Assembly: GCA_951406725.2 (NCBI GenBank)
Contig: OX597814.1
Span: 181,784,001 to 181,848,000, forward strand
Origin: Octopus vulgaris
Taxonomy: Eukaryota
Reading direction: 5' to 3'
DNA length: 64,000 nucleotides
The position numbers and the translations under genes are program-made. Position 1 is the stretch's first letter, and each line of letters starts with the position of its first letter. Positions 13,171 to 26,739 of this stretch are shown one piece after another. Under the pieces are notes generated by a model. It saw only the letters and a program-made list of their open reading frames with translations. It made no database searches and had not been told where the DNA came from.

Positions 13171-15112
13171 GATATGTGTGAATTGCCTGAATTTAGTTCT
13201 TTCTTTTCTTTTTATGTCAGTGCTGTGTTGGCTGTACGTGTTTCTATTAATAGCGCCTATATTTGTCTGAAATGTGGCTGAATGTATCCATGATTTATGT
13301 TGCAATTGATTTGTAAAACGCAGAAAAGGTAATTGATATTTTAAAGCTTCCTGTAACATACACTTGTTTCCTTAAGCCGATTGGTGCTTTTGCGTAAGCC
13401 GATCGGCACTGTTGTGCAAATCGTAATACTTCTTCGGTATTAGTAGCAAAAATTCGCTTGCCTTTATATTCCCCAGTCATGAATGTTATGGGTAATCAAG
13501 CTGGTATAGGAGAATAGTAGGGTGACAAGGTGAGATAATAGGATTGTTTAAAGAGAAGAATACAGTGTGAAGAGGGCAGTGATGGAGACATACACACACA
13601 CACATGCACACAAACACACAGAAACATACACATGCGCACATACATACATATGGATAGTAGAGAAAAATTAAGAAAATGAAGAGCCTTGAGTCAAGTAGGA
13701 GTAGTAATAATAATGACTGGTACGAAAGGTAGTATACTTCTCTGTCTTGAAGTTTTTGTCGTATGTGAGTCCAACAAATTCCTGTTTAATAGACGTGGCA
13801 TCCAGCTATTACCTTTGTAAACAGATGTGTATATCAAAGACATTCAGAGGTTCCTCAGTCACGGGTATACGTATACACTCATATACACATTCATTTACAC
13901 ACATACAGACAAATTCATATGCATATATATTCACACACACACGCTCATTCAACCGAAAACATGAAAAAACTTATATATGTATATGTATACACTCTTACAT
14001 ATACGTGCCCACATGCTCACAGGCATACATGTAGTTTACTGACTTCATTCCTTTCTATTTGCCACTATATTCATGTACATCACAGTCCCCGTAAAGCTTT
14101 TATGTTATTTCTTATAAGTACAAAAGTAAGTTATATAAACATGGTCCGTAAATCAGTATCACACACAGCAGGTATTCAGGAGGAGTCTAGGACGTTTACC
14201 CCCATGGACAATAATCGCCCCCCAGATTATGATGTTTAAAACTTCTTGATATATTGGAGTGGGGATAATTAACTAAGGGGGAATAATTGTCCTGGGGGGT
14301 AGTTATCGTTGAGGGAATTGTCCTATGGGAGTGAGTAATTGTCTTGATACAATTCAGAAGTATTCCGAATGTTGTCATATAGCATCCATTGTGTATCCAC
14401 TCATACGGGATCAACGTTATTGGTCCAAGCAGTGATGATTTACGAATAGTCGAAGTTCAAAATGGTTGGTGCATTAAGAGATCAGTTGATCGATATGATA
14501 AAGTTCGATGAGGACAGTGGTCGTACCTGATATTCCACAGTATTGCCTTTGATATGAGCATATCTATGGTATGTAAAATGGAAAATTAGGATGGCAGAAG
14601 AGAGATTATGCAGGAATGTGGTACAGGGGAATGTGTCCGTACATACAATATAATACTCAATTAATGTATACAAGGAAACAGGAACATAGTAGCTAATGCT
14701 ACGGTGTCTGACTACATAGTAGTAGTTGAATAACTATATCATCCTAATTAAGGTTATTGCTAGTCTTGTAGTGACGGAATGTCCAACTCTACTGTGTATA
14801 CAGTAAATCCCCAATTCATTTTTAAAATAGCTAATATAATCTCTAACTCCCCTTTATTACACAGCCAACAGAAACGACTCCAGTTCCTGTAAAGTGGAGC
14901 ATATTCCATCTTTGTGCAAAAGAGCAAATCGGTTTGGGGAAACGCGCGTATATTATATAAAGCTTTAAAATATTTACATTTTTCTGTTTTTCTTATTACT
15001 CTATAACGTGGCCGAACTCCGCGTGTTAGTCTATCCAGTGATATTATTTTCAAATCGCGCGGAATATAGGCGTGGAGTGTGAAACTACTTACTGAACACA
15101 CACTTTTTAAAC

Positions 15113-15963
15113 TGTATGTATGTATGTATGTATGTATGTATGTATGTATGTATGTATGTATGTATATATGTATGTATGCATGCATGCATGTATGTATGTA
15201 TGTATGTATGTGTATGTATGTATGTATGTATGTATGTATGTATGTATGTATGTATGTATGTATGTATGTATGTATGTATGTATGTATGTATGTATGTATG
15301 TATGTATGTATGGTCGGGCCGTCGGCGACTAAACCGGCAACCCCACCAAGCTTGCTTGGTGAGGAGGATGTTTATTGGACACCCTGCGGGATGAAAAACA
15401 AAATCCGTCAAAGGACGGAGGAACTCTTGAGAGTCAACGGCCATCCAATAAATGTGTAATTTTTTTTTTCTTAAGACTTAAGGCTGTATCATGTGCGGGG
15501 ACATAGAAATAATCGGATTGAATACCCGATCGCGCGGTTAAACCATTGGAGGTGAAGGACTCCTAGCCTTTGTTAGGGCATCCTTCTAGGAGAAGGTAAC
15601 TCAGGTAACTGGGATAACTCCGATATAAAACCTGCGGCTCAGTGGTTACCGATGATGTTGACTTGTTCTTCTTTTCGGATTATGGCTGCTGTTGCTTAGT
15701 GAGTGGGATTGACTCAGTGCACAGCCTTTCCTCACTTTAAAAAATCTTCCTGCACAGGCATTGCACGATAATAACATTGTTCATGATTGTTGATGGTGCT
15801 GTGAGTCTCAACTGAATGGCTGGCTGTAGCCTTAAAAAGCAAATAAAGGTCACAATCGATCACAGCACCAATAACAGTTAAACTTCGTGCAATGGCCATA
15901 CTCGATAACGAGGGGGCAGCCATCATGTATGTATGTATGTATATATATATGTATGTATGTATG

Positions 15964-15997
<34 letters not shown>

Positions 15998-16003
15998 TGT
16001 ATG
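15113..16003. repeat. (TATG)n tract interrupted by a ~610-bp insert
   Basis: TATG runs at 15113-15311 and 15925-16003. Confidence 0.9.
15312..15924 (+). mobile_element. Probable RTE-clade LINE 5' UTR-derived segment
   Basis: GC-richer island with AGGGCATCCTTCTAGGAGAAGGTAACTC...AAACC, resembling a motif I recall from RTE/Expander 5' regions. Hairpin CACCAAGC-TT-GCTTGGTG. Confidence 0.45.
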
Positions 16004-16343
16004 TGACCTCATTTACTCATTTATTTATTTGATTGTTTGAATTTTCTACATATATAAAGATGTGACCTATATAAGCATACATCCTTATAAGATCTCTGAA
16101 ATTCGTGGAATCATATGGAGAGAAATAGCAAGTAATTCGGGCTAGGGTTTCGCGCTGCATTACCTTTTACGTTCTTATAATAACTCAAGATGCATACATT
16201 ATGCAGATTTTGAGCGCGTTTTTGATTTCACGCTTAGTTTTATATCTATACTATAATGGAGATAGCTGCTTATTAATTAGGTATGTAGCAATTACTAAAA
16301 GTACTAAAAGAAAGCAATTATTAAAGAATTGACCGTCTGCAAA

Positions 16344-16726
16344 TCTCTCTATATATAAAGCTGAAGTTGTCTGTGTATGACAGGTTTGGTAGCCTTCAAC
16401 TAATACTATATCCTCTGAGAGTTGACCAAAATTGAGAGTATGATAGAAGAAGGCTTGCTCTTCCTTCCGTAGAAGAAAAAATTCAAATCGGACCATGTTA
16501 AGACCAAAAATTATTTACACCAAAAAGATGCTTTTTTTTCTATGAAAATCCCTAATTTTTAACGATTTTTTTTACTGCTGTGTCGCCATTTTTCGATGTA
16601 TTTCAACCAGGAAAAATGTTCACTGAAAGAGAATAACAAGCTACATAATGCAAAATTTTTACTTTTCAAAAATTCCAATTTTAAAGGGTCGAAACAAACC
16701 CGAGCAACGCCGGGCGATACTGCTAG
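16344..16726 (+). mobile_element. Non-autonomous Helitron
   Basis: 5' A|TC..TATATATAAAG, 3' hairpin CCCGAGCAACGCCGGG followed by CTAG|T. Copies at 23573-23963 (-) and 49495-49766. Confidence 0.85.
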
Positions 16727-17255
16727 TATTTTTATAAATTCATGTTCTAAGAAATTACCTATAATTTCGATTTCTCAAGTTTATTGAATCTTTTTAATTC
16801 CAATTTCTTGCAAATTTAAATATTCACTGTGTCCAATTCATCACAAACTTAAATATTCAGTGCATTCACTGCGGAGTATTCCATTTTCATTTGCAAAGTC
16901 TCTCACTTACAATTTAAAGTTTTCATTCGCTATTAATGTATACATAATGTAAAAACATTATTTATTGAATGAAATTTTAAAAAAATAGCCGTATAATTTT
17001 TGAACGCGGGATAGCTGTGGGAGGAGCCTAGAAAGTTGGGTAGATGAGGAGAAAAAAAAGAACAAAAAAAGTTACCGACAAGTACTCGAAACTTGCACCT
17101 TATTCACAGTTTCCAAACACAACTTCAACAATGAGACACACACACACACACAAACACTCGCGCGCACACATAGATATACATACACACAAATGAAAGGCAA
17201 TGAATGTGTGTGTTTTTGTGTGTGCGTTTGTGCGTGCGTGCATGTGTGTGTATGC

Positions 17256-17485
17256 TGTTCAGTGACAAAATTTCGTGCTGCATCACTTTTGTTAAGTTTT
17301 GTCAGTGAACAGGTCGCGGTTTCAAAGCGACCAAAATATTTTGATACATGAAGTTTTAATGTTGAAGTGAAACTAAAGGTATTTGAGCATTCTTAAATGG
17401 TTTACAAACGTATTCCACGCTGCAATTGTTTTTCTTTCGGCACACGCTCTCAGGGCAAGTCACTTGCTATACAAGTACATCTCCG
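17256..17485 (+). mobile_element. Diverged copy of the PLE pseudo-LTR family seen at 33114-33482
   Basis: Shares TTTGTCAGTGAACAGGTCGCGG...GCGAC, TTCCACGCTGCAATTGTTTTT and the 3' end AGTACATCTCC. Confidence 0.8.
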
Positions 17486-19699
17486 TAATTTTTTCAAATC
17501 ACTGTGGATAAATGCCAGCAATGACCTTCTCAAACTCTCCCATATTTCTAATTTTTAAACAGAAGTAATCAGGGGCAGGTAGTGGGGGTTGCAAAAAATT
17601 CATAATTTCTCAAATTTTCTTTTTTAAAGCATGTATGGGGAGAAATATTGAAAAACATCAACACAAGCGAGACTGATAAAAAAACGAAGAGGGTTGTCTT
17701 TAGATGTGTTAGAAACAATAGCCAAATCGCCCTTAAACCACTTTTCCCTCTGAAAATATTAATAGTTAAAAAATTTTTTTTACCGAAAATGCTCTTCTCA
17801 TGGTTTTGAAGTGCATAAAAAATGGGATGATGAGGGAGAGGAGTGTAAAAAAAATAGAGTTTCCATACAAAGATCCCCCCAACCCCATCATTTCGAAGGC
17901 AGGCTGTGGTTTTAATAAAAAATGGGGAAAATCCCTGAAAAATTTCTTTATAATCGGAATCTATGCCGTATGAAAGGGATTTGTATAAATATTCATTAAA
18001 AGATACCCATCTTCCTGAAAGTTACGAGGGAAAAAAGTCAGATCGTGTGAATTTTCTTAAACTCCTCTCTCCACCTCCTCGCAAAAATTATTTCCCATAA
18101 ATCCCTATATATTCTGAAGCCACAACATCTAAGCGGTATTTATAGAAAATTTTGTTAAAAAGTATCCATTTTTCTGGATGTTATGAGGCAACAAAGTCGC
18201 AGCGTATACATCTGTAGTAATGCCCTTTCATTTATACGAATTTTTCATTTCAAGTTTATTTCATTCATTAATTGCAATGTTCTCTCTCTCCCTCTGCCCC
18301 CTCTCTCTCTCCCTCTGGGCTGCTGAATTGAAATCTCTATGTTGCTTTGAGGGGAAGGTAAAACTTGACAAACTGCTTCTCCTTCTGTTGTTGGACTACT
18401 ATGATGTTTGTTTAAAAAAAAGAAATTATGACTGTGATAAAATAATGAAAGCAATATTTACTAAGCAAGTGAGCACTATTATACAAAGAAATAATTGGGT
18501 GTAAAATATAAAAATAATTAGAAATGGGAATCAAGTGTGGAAATATTATCAAGGGGCTAGCAGAAAATCGCCCGGAGGGCGGCCTTTCTTCTAGTAATAT
18601 TAATGAAGTTGTATGAAGTAAATTGTCTCTGAGCACCTCGTTCTTTTCTAATGCCTTTTCTCCCCTCATTCGTATTATAATCTTACTTATATGTGAATAC
18701 CAGAGTATGCGTTTGCTTCATAAATCTTTATTCTCATATGTATAAGGGTTATTACATATTTTAAAAGTCTTTGGGATGAGGCAACGTTATATTTTCTATA
18801 TTTCATTTGCTTCATTAATAGCGTTGTCATTCATAGTTGTTGCTACACAGCGTGAGCTTAAAATTACTAAACTACTTTTTGGTTTGTAATCGTACTTGAG
18901 AATTAGTGAAAACCGTGTTGTATTGTCTAATCTGAATTTCGCATAATCTGATGAGCACCAAACGAACTGTCTTTTTATAATGGTTGTATTCCAATGGTTG
19001 TATTCCCAATGGATTGGGAATGTTGTCTTTAAGATAAAATTGATGTCGCTTTCTCTTTTTTCTTTTTCTTGGAGCTGGGTTTTTTTGCGTTATTTTCAAT
19101 TTTGAAAATGAAGCATTCAGTGAATATTTTATCATTTACTGTTTTCTTGCTTTTTTCTTTTCATTTGTTCAATGTTTTAGAGTGTCTTGTAATTTGATTC
19201 ATCTTTCTGTATTACTCAGTCACCAAGAATGGCATTTTTGCGCACCCTAGGTATTGTTCCCTTGTACATTTGCCTGCATAAAGCATGCCTTTTTGACATG
19301 AATCGTTTCAGGCGAGTAATCTTGTTTTATACCAGAATAATGCAGTACTGGTGTAATCTACTTGCTTTTCCTCAGTTGATTCTAACAGACTTCCTGAAAA
19401 TTGAAATTATAACGATATGAAGTTTGCTTTATGAAATATTGAGCAACATTTTTTTTATTTTGGGGCCACACATTGTGAATTATACATAACATAACGTTAT
19501 GATCCGAAAGAGAAAAATGAACAATAAATGTGCAATATTGATGTTGGAATTACATTGAAATTGCCGATGAAGAGCTACGCAACAACATTAAACTAAATAG
19601 CAAGATCTGAATCATTAAATAAATAATGTTTAGAGCATAGATGGCAGCTGAAGCATTACATGATCCCCTATCCACTAATATTTCAATCAATCCAACGAA

Positions 19700-20100
19700 T
19701 CAATAATTTCTCTCCCACTGGTAATATGTAGGCCTTCTTAACCTTCTCGATGGTTTTCAGCTTCGGGAGTCTGATCGCCAGTTTTTGTTAAATCTGCCAA
19801 TTTATCTATCTTATTTGTTGTTACCCCCACTCCACCCCACCCCAGATTTGTAATTTAATCCGTCGCCTTTTTCATCCACCTGTTGTCACTCGTCTTCGGA
19901 CATACCCGGCTAATTTCAATGAGTCTATGAACTAGACCGTATAATTTATTTTGCTTTTAGATCCATTTTGTCTTATTGTCTTTCCTCGTCATTTCAAGCT
20001 AAATGCATTCGCGACCGAGCTATTCTTTGTTTGCTTGTTATGCATTTTGTAATATAAGAAGCTGTTGGGATAATGCTTTGATTGTCCATTCGTCTTTAAA
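19700..20100 (-). mobile_element. Degraded RTE-like LINE 3' fragment
   Basis: Minus-strand remnants LKLAGYVRR / SDNRWMKK resemble the RTE C-terminal WAGHV.R..DNRW motif. Many frameshifts. Confidence 0.45.
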
Positions 20101-20503
20101 AACCTAAGGATATTCTAATTTTAAGAATGGAATTCTCTTTTACCGAGGGTTTGTTTCCCACTCCAAGGTAATTGATCATTTCATTTCTTTGTTTTTACCC
20201 GAAGGATGTCATCACCAACAGTGATGACATCCATAACAAACTAAGGCGTATAGTATAAGTCTTAGTTTGTCCTTCACCAAACTACGTCCATGTAAGATAG
20301 GGAGAATCTATTTTCCCCAAACTGACAAGATATGTTTCGGAAATTGCACTGAGAGAAAGATAAATTAGAAATTAAAATCAGCGGTGCACCTGCTACACAC
20401 TTTCGATTACTGACAACACAGTTCCCGTGCTAGAAAAAAAAACAAAAACAAAAAAAAACTATTAAACACTATTCGACTGGGTGCTGCTGGCTTAATTACG
20501 TAC

Positions 20504-20622
20504 GACTCAAGTTAGAGAAGGGGTGCGTATTATACACAAAGTTTAGGTTCTTCAGAAGTACAGTCCCCTAAAAATCCCCTGCGTATTATACTCAAGGGCG
20601 GACTATACTCGAGGATTTATGG
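20504..20622 (-). mobile_element. One end of the CCGTA-TIR MITE family
   Basis: Reverse complement of 34624-34742. Confidence 0.8.
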
Positions 20623-20825
20623 TATATTAGAATAATTGAATACAGAAAGTGAAACTGTCGGAAATAGTACTCAGCAATCTGACAGCGAAGTCTCTGATAC
20701 AAAAACTGAAGAAATAACTTCTCAAATAATAAACATTTACACCTAACGAGGTCTACTTACAACAACCAGCTATATTTATTTATTCTTCATCACCATGTTA
20801 AATTTCTTTGCACTATCAACATTTA

Positions 20826-21228
20826 TTATCTTTTATTTCCCCTTCTCTTTTCTCTTTTCTTTGTTTCAGTCATTTGACTGCGGCCAGGCTGGAGCACCGC
20901 CTTTAGTCGAGCAAATCGACCCCGGGACTTATTCTTTGTAAGCCCAGTACTTATTCTTTCGGTCTCTTTTGCCGAACCGCTAAGTGACGGGGACGTAAAC
21001 ACACCAGCAATGCTAGGAGCACAAACACAGACACAGACATATACACACACATACATACATATATATATATACATATATACGACAGGCTTCTTTCAGTTTC
21101 CGTCTACCAAATCCACTCACAAGGCATTGGTCGGCCCGAGGCTATAGCAGAAGACACTTGCTCAAGATGCCACGCAGTGGGACTGAACCCGGAACCATGT
21201 GGTTGGTAAGCAAGCTACTTACCACACT
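20826..21228 (-). mobile_element. SINE family A, near full length
   Basis: Reverse complement of the 9762-10178 consensus. Confidence 0.9.
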
Positions 21229-22303
21229 TTCTTTTAAATCACTAATGATCAACAAATTACTTAAGACTAATATTACCTCTGTAAGTAGCAAGTCAATTGC
21301 AATACCTGGATGTTTCTGTACAATAACCTATATGTTTTCGCTCTCTTTTTAAAACAATGTAACCACTACCATTATACCTGTGTGAATCAAAAGCTTATTA
21401 AATACCATCATTTTATAGTTTAATATACTAACCTAATACCTGCCCTGCTGACGAAGAAAACTAAATGCGAATAGTTCTCGTTTCACACTTAATTTGAATA
21501 TTTATGACATGAGTTTGTTTACTAGTACACATTAGCTCTATAAATAGAATAACACGGTGAGACATTTTACTGTGAAACTATTTTGACTTTTATATCAACA
21601 TTGAATTCTACAAGAAAAATTATATTAGAATACTTTATATCTCTTTTGATATTTTAATTTATAGAATTTCTGTATACATATTTTCAGCATAAATTTTATT
21701 TTCCTTCGTGTTAATGTATGTATATATAAATCTATGTACGAATCTTTAAATAAACGCATATATAGATATGTATATTTACATACATACAGACAGATATATG
21801 TGTATATACGCATGTTTCTTTGTCAATGTCTTAGTTTCCTTTTGGTTTCATTCTTCATTGAAAATGCATAGCTTCCCTAGGAGAGAGAGAGAGAGACAGA
21901 GAGAGACAGAGAGACAGAGAGAGAGACAGAGACAGACAGACAGATGGGGTGAAAGGGAAAGGAGGGAGATTGATAGAGAAATAGGTGAAAAGTGAAAGTG
22001 AGCGAGAAAAAATGGAAAAAGACAAACCGAATCACAAACAGATAAAGTAAATAAGAAGAGAACAGAGCGAGAAAAGGGATAAATAGAAGAGGGAGAGACA
22101 AATACATAAAGCTTAAAGAGCGAACAGAGAAAGGGAGAACCAAACATGAGAAGAGAGGAAGAAATAAAGCCAAGGATGAAAACAGAATCAGACAGAAGTA
22201 AGTAGCACTAGAAATGAAAGAGAGTAGAAGTCAGAGATGAAGAAATACTGAGGGTAAAAGAGAAATAGTGACAGAGAAATAAAAGTTGTAAACACTCGTT
22301 ACA

Positions 22304-23029
22304 CAGTAATCCACTCGCCTTATCGCGGTTCACCTATCGCGGTTCACCTATCGCGGTTCACCTATCGCGGTTCACCTATCGCGGTTCACCTATCGCGGTT
22401 TATTATTTAAGTTTACGTCGATTCCTCCGTGGTGTTGTTTTGCATTTATAATAAAATAAATATATACAGATTATTAAAATAATTAAAAAAAATATACGAG
22501 TGGCTGTGTGGTAAGTAGCTTACTTACCTACCACATGGTTCTGGGTTCAGTCCCACTGCGTGGCACCTTGGGCAAGTGTCTTCTACTATAGCCTTGGGTC
22601 GACCAAAGCCTTGTGAGTGGATTTGGTAGACGGAAACTGAAAGAAGCCTGTCGTATATATGTATGTCTGTGTGTATGTATGTGTGTGTGTGTGCCTGTGT
22701 GTGTGTGTGTGTGCGTTTGTGTGTCTGTGTTTGCCCCCTCAACATCGCTTGACAACCGATGCTGGTGTGTTTACGTGCCCGTAACTTAGCGGTTCAGCAA
22801 AAGAGCTCGATAGAATAAGTACTACGCTTACAAAGAATACGTCCTGGAGTCGATTTGCTCGACTAAAAGGCGGTGTTCCAGCATGGCCGCAGTCAAATTA
22901 CTAAAACAAGTAAAAGAGTAAAAGAGTAAAAAGAGAGAGTACAGTACTGTTTCTACTTCGCGAATTTTAACCTATCGCGGTGGGGTTGGGGGTTGGAACA
23001 TAACACCCTCGATAGTCGAGGAATTACTG
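22304..23029. mobile_element. Tigger/pogo-like MITE with 14-bp tandem array and nested SINE
   Basis: TIR CAGTAATCCACTCG / CGAGGAATTACTG followed by TA. TATCGCGGTTCACC repeated ~5.7 times at 22321-22400. Confidence 0.75.
22498..22938 (+). mobile_element. SINE family A nested in the MITE
   Basis: Matches the consensus from A box to the GTAAAAGA tail repeats. Confidence 0.9.
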
Positions 23030-23572
23030 TATTCCCCAATTGTCACATATAAAAATCAAACAGAACTCAAATATACACATAAGAAAACAAACATGTTAAG
23101 TACTTGTTATTTTGAAGTTACAAACATTAGCACAGGTGTGTGTGTGTGTGTATGTGTATGTGTGTGTGTGTGTGTGTGTTATAAATAGGTACACACATGT
23201 ATGCATGAGACCTATACTATTTTTCTCCCATTTCCTCCTTCTCTCATTGATTCCCTTCGTCGCCATCCAAATTTCTTCCTCAAAAGATGTTACGAACATA
23301 TTTTCTCTTATTCAGCCACACCTTTTTTTTCCTTTCCGTATCTCTTTCTCCTCCATCTCTGTTCCATCCTTTCCTCCTCATGTGCTACTGCACATTACGT
23401 TACATTACATACCCTTTGAAGTTTCTAGAACACTCGCACACAGCTACACACACACATATAGACGCAGATTAATGCAATAGAGATTTGACTATAACATCTA
23501 CCTATCTGCCTTTCTATGTAATTTATCTGTGAACTACATTATCTACTCATCTATTTATCAACATATTATATA

Positions 23573-23963
23573 CTAGCAGTATCGCCCGGCGTTGCTCGGG
23601 TTTGTTTCCACCCTTTAGAATTGGAATTTTTGAAAAGTAAAAATTTTGCATTATGTAGCTTGTTATTCTCTTTAAGTGAACATTTTTCTGGTTGAAATAC
23701 ACCGAAAAATGGCGACACAGCAGTAAAAAAATCGTAAAAAATGGGGATTTTCATAGAAAAAAAGCACCTTTTTGATGTAAATAATTTTTGATGTTAACAT
23801 GGTCCAATTTGAATTTTTTCTTCTACGGAAGGAAGAGCAAGCCTTCTTCTATCATACTCTCAATTTTGGTCAACTTGCGCCGCAAGGTCTCGGAGGAGAT
23901 AGTGTTAGTTGAAGGCTACCAAACCTGCCATACACAGACAACTTCAGCTTTATATATATCGAG
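23573..23963 (-). mobile_element. Non-autonomous Helitron
   Basis: Reverse complement of 16344-16726, including hairpin and CTAG. Confidence 0.85.
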
Positions 23964-24058
23964 ATTAATCTATCAATCCAAATGGACACGGATGCTATTT
24001 CTAGAAGCCGAGCAAACCACACATACACACATACTACATATATATATTCGCGCGCGCG

Positions 24059-25234
24059 CATGGTGTGATGTCTGGGCTAAATTTGACGAAATTTTATATC
24101 TCCTTTTTTTTTGAGGAACAGCTTGATGTATTGGTGGACATTCAAAGGCGTTGTAGAGCATAAAAAATAAAGATGTAGTTGAGAAAAAGCTGACTCGGAG
24201 CGCTAGAAGCCATATGAATATTGGGAAAGAGTTACTTATATCATGATGTTCGCATCAGGTATGAAAATGCTGACATCACGACTGCTGCTTAATGCTCTGT
24301 AAACACTGTAAAGGCTGTAAGACATAACAGGGCCATCATGAAACCCGAATTCCCTCAAACTGTAATGGTCTTTGGATGTATCACCAGTGAGGGTGACGTC
24401 ATCTTTTTTTTCCTTCTCGAGCCACGCCTGACTCATAAGGGCCGGTTTCCCGGTTTCTTTGGCGTACAGGTTCCCCACCTGGACGGGACGCCAGTCCGTC
24501 GCAGGTGAGCTGCAAGATGCAGGAGGAAAGAGTGAGAGAAAGTTGTGGCGAAAGAGTCAGCAGAAGTTCGCTATTACCTTCTGCCGGAGCCGTGTGGGGC
24601 TTAGGTGTTTCGCTCATAAACACACACATCGCCCGGTCTGAGATTCGAACCCACTATCCCTCGACCGCGAGTCCGTTGCTCTAACCACTAGGCCATGTGC
24701 CTAGTGTCATGCCGGCTCACATCTTTAAACAGGACACTAGGTTCAATTCAGATGGCTATGTGAAGCTCCTGTAGTCAAACTGACTGGAGAGGGTTGCTGC
24801 TGTAAAGCCATATGTGGGGTAGTAAGATTCAGCCCCTTGCCTTACCCCTGGGAAGAGTCAAGAGAAATTGTTAGACTTTCTACGACTTCACCAGTACCAA
24901 TTTCCAGCCTTCTAATCCTCGCGATTGTAACTATTGTGGAACGCGGTTGAGAACGACACCAGCCTCTCGGCCTGCAACACTGAGATCAAAGAGGTGGCCA
25001 AGCTCAAGGAGGTGTTCGAAGATATTCCCAGGGGTATAGTGGGAACGCTTGTGTTAGGTTCTGGGGCTGTTTTGAGGCCGTGGTGGAAGCTAAAGGCGCT
25101 TACTTTGAGTAAATTGTTATCTCCCACCATAAATTCGTTGATATTAAAAAAAATTTTTTAATCGCTTTTATGATTTCAATGAGATATTATGCTTTCTTTT
25201 CCTTTTATGCAAATTGTAAAATTTAACCGGAACA

Positions 25235-25240
<6 letters not shown>
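24059..25240 (+). pseudogene. Decayed Tc1/mariner transposon, maT (DD37D)-like, interrupted by a SINE
   Basis: Joining across the SINE gives MKPEFPQTVMVFGCITSEGDV|MPAHIFKQ...NSDGYVKLL...KPYVG**DSAPCLT...WNAVENDT...KLKEVFED. Degenerate TIRs (GGCTAAATTT / AAATTTAACCGGAACAC). Confidence 0.75.
24403..24705 (-). mobile_element. tRNA-SINE: family C head with V-domain-like 3' part
   Basis: Head TGGCCTAGTGGTTAG...GGTTCGAATC. 3' part CCTGCGACGGACTGGCGTCCCGTCCAGG. 5-bp TSD GTCAT (24398-24402, 24706-24710). Confidence 0.85.
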
Positions 25241-25264
<24 letters not shown>

Positions 25265-25268
<4 letters not shown>

Positions 25269-25500
25269 GGAGAATTCACATAAAATAAAACACAGACGAA
25301 GACAGATGGTGTAGACAACAAACAGATGCATTAGTATAACACTCGGGAAGTGAAAAAGTCTTTAACGTTTCGAGTCTACGCTCTTGCACAGAAAGGACCA
25401 CAGAAAGAAACAAGGAGAGAAACTAAAGAATGTGTAGTGGCTAGCGAATCTATCATGGCGAATGCCGGACAGAAGGGTCACACATGAGAGAGGGGGAGAT
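25265..25500 (-). mobile_element. PLE pseudo-LTR abutting (TA)n, same family as 37395-37548 and 46567-46622
   Basis: Minus strand CTGTGCAAGAGCGTAGACTCGAAACGTTAAAG...CATCTGTTTGTTGT...GTCTTCGTC...GAATTCTCCCCA-(TA)n. Confidence 0.75.
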
Positions 25501-25996
25501 AATAAAGTAGTGGTGATCCCAAAACGAAAGTGCGTGTGTATAAGAGTTTGTATGTGCGTGTGGAATGGGGCTGGTGATCTTGACGTGTGCCTGTGTGTAT
25601 GTGTAGGTGTGAAAATGAGAGTCTAGGAAGTAGTCAGTGCTGATGTGTGGGTGGTGGTGTGTTGTGATGTAATGTGTTATGTGGTACGGTGGTGTAGGGT
25701 GTAGTGGTGTGTGGTGTGGTGTGATGGTGTTGGGAGGTGGGGGAAGCGAGAGTGGGGAAAGCAAGAGTAGGGTGTAGGTTAGGCTGAAGGTGGAGTATGT
25801 GGGTAGGCGCAGGGTGGGGTAGAGGTGTGGTATGTAGGAATAGGTGTAAGGGATGGGTGGGATGTGATGGGGAAGGATAGGGAAGGCTATATGTGTGTGT
25901 GTGAGCGTGTAGAAGGTTGAAAAGGAATACGTGAGTTGATATATATATGGAAAAAGTCAAGGTAGAAAATGTTAAAATAATTTTATAAAAAACATT

Positions 25997-26034
25997 TCAG
26001 TACCGGTTTCAGTCATTGAGATTTCTTCAACTGT
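25997..26034 (-). ncRNA. Minimal hammerhead-like fold
   Basis: Minus strand CAG-UUGAAGA-AAUCUCAAUGACU-GAAA-CCGG-UA-CUG. Stem I CAG/CUG, palindromic ACCGGU stem III, GUA triplet. Confidence 0.55.
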
Positions 26035-26205
26035 AAGCATGGAAAACAATTAAATTTTGGGAAAATTAAATGAAAAGTTTTTTAAAAGAATATTTGCATG
26101 GTATTCAAATACAAGGGGCAATTTCCTTGTTTCTGCCTGTCTCTGTCTCTCTTGTTTACTCTTGTGGGTTTGAAGTCGTTGTGAATTCTTTATTATTATT
26201 ATAAT

Positions 26206-26306
26206 AACAACGACGACGACGACGAGGAGGAGGAGAAGAAGAAGAAGAAGAAGAAGAAGAAGAAGAAGAAGAAGAAGAAGAAGAAGAAGAAGAAGAAGAA
26301 GAAGAA
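26206..26306. repeat. (GAA)n trinucleotide repeat with CGA/GGA lead-in
   Basis: Seen directly. Confidence 0.95.
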
Positions 26307-26324
26307 TGTGGGAGTGCTATAATA

Positions 26325-26465
26325 TAAGGTTGTCCCAAAAGTTCGTAGAAAGTCTTGGAAAATAATGGTCTTTATTTTGAGGAATAATTTTTGTTGTTTT
26401 TGTTAGTACTTGGCGAGTAAAAATTCAATTTTCGCAAATGTTTACGAACTTTTGGGACAACCTAA
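26325..26465. mobile_element. 141-bp mariner-type MITE
   Basis: TIR T(A/T)AGGTTGTCCCAAAAGTTCGTA at both ends, TA on both sides. Confidence 0.9.
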
Positions 26466-26739
26466 TAGTAGTAGGATATTAAATGGTCAAGCGCCTTGAA
26501 AGTGACTTGTTGTGGATGGTAGAGGTGACTGAATTCTTGAGATATCTCTTTTGAATGTATTGTTTATAATATTTGCGTAGGTGTTATTCTAAATAGCAGT
26601 AGTTGTAAAGTAAGGAAGGGGGTGACGGAGAGGAAGAAGACAAAGAAGAAGGAGAAAGAGAAGAAGAGAGAATGATAAGGGAATGCGGGATGGTATGATA
26701 GTAGTAGGATGTTAAATGGTCAAGTGACCTAAAAGTGAA

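Noticed and set aside
16596-16787. Recurrent peptide EKCSLKENNKLHNAKFLLFKNS as a gene family (also 23566 and 49586)
   Set aside because: The same non-autonomous Helitron sequence in three copies.
18945-18975. CTGATGA as a hammerhead (also 39285 and 39334)
   Set aside because: No stem II followed by GAAA and UH in the required geometry.
22321-22400. 14-bp direct-repeat array as a possible CRISPR
   Set aside because: No spacers, no cas genes, eukaryotic context; it is a slippage expansion of a MITE subterminal motif.
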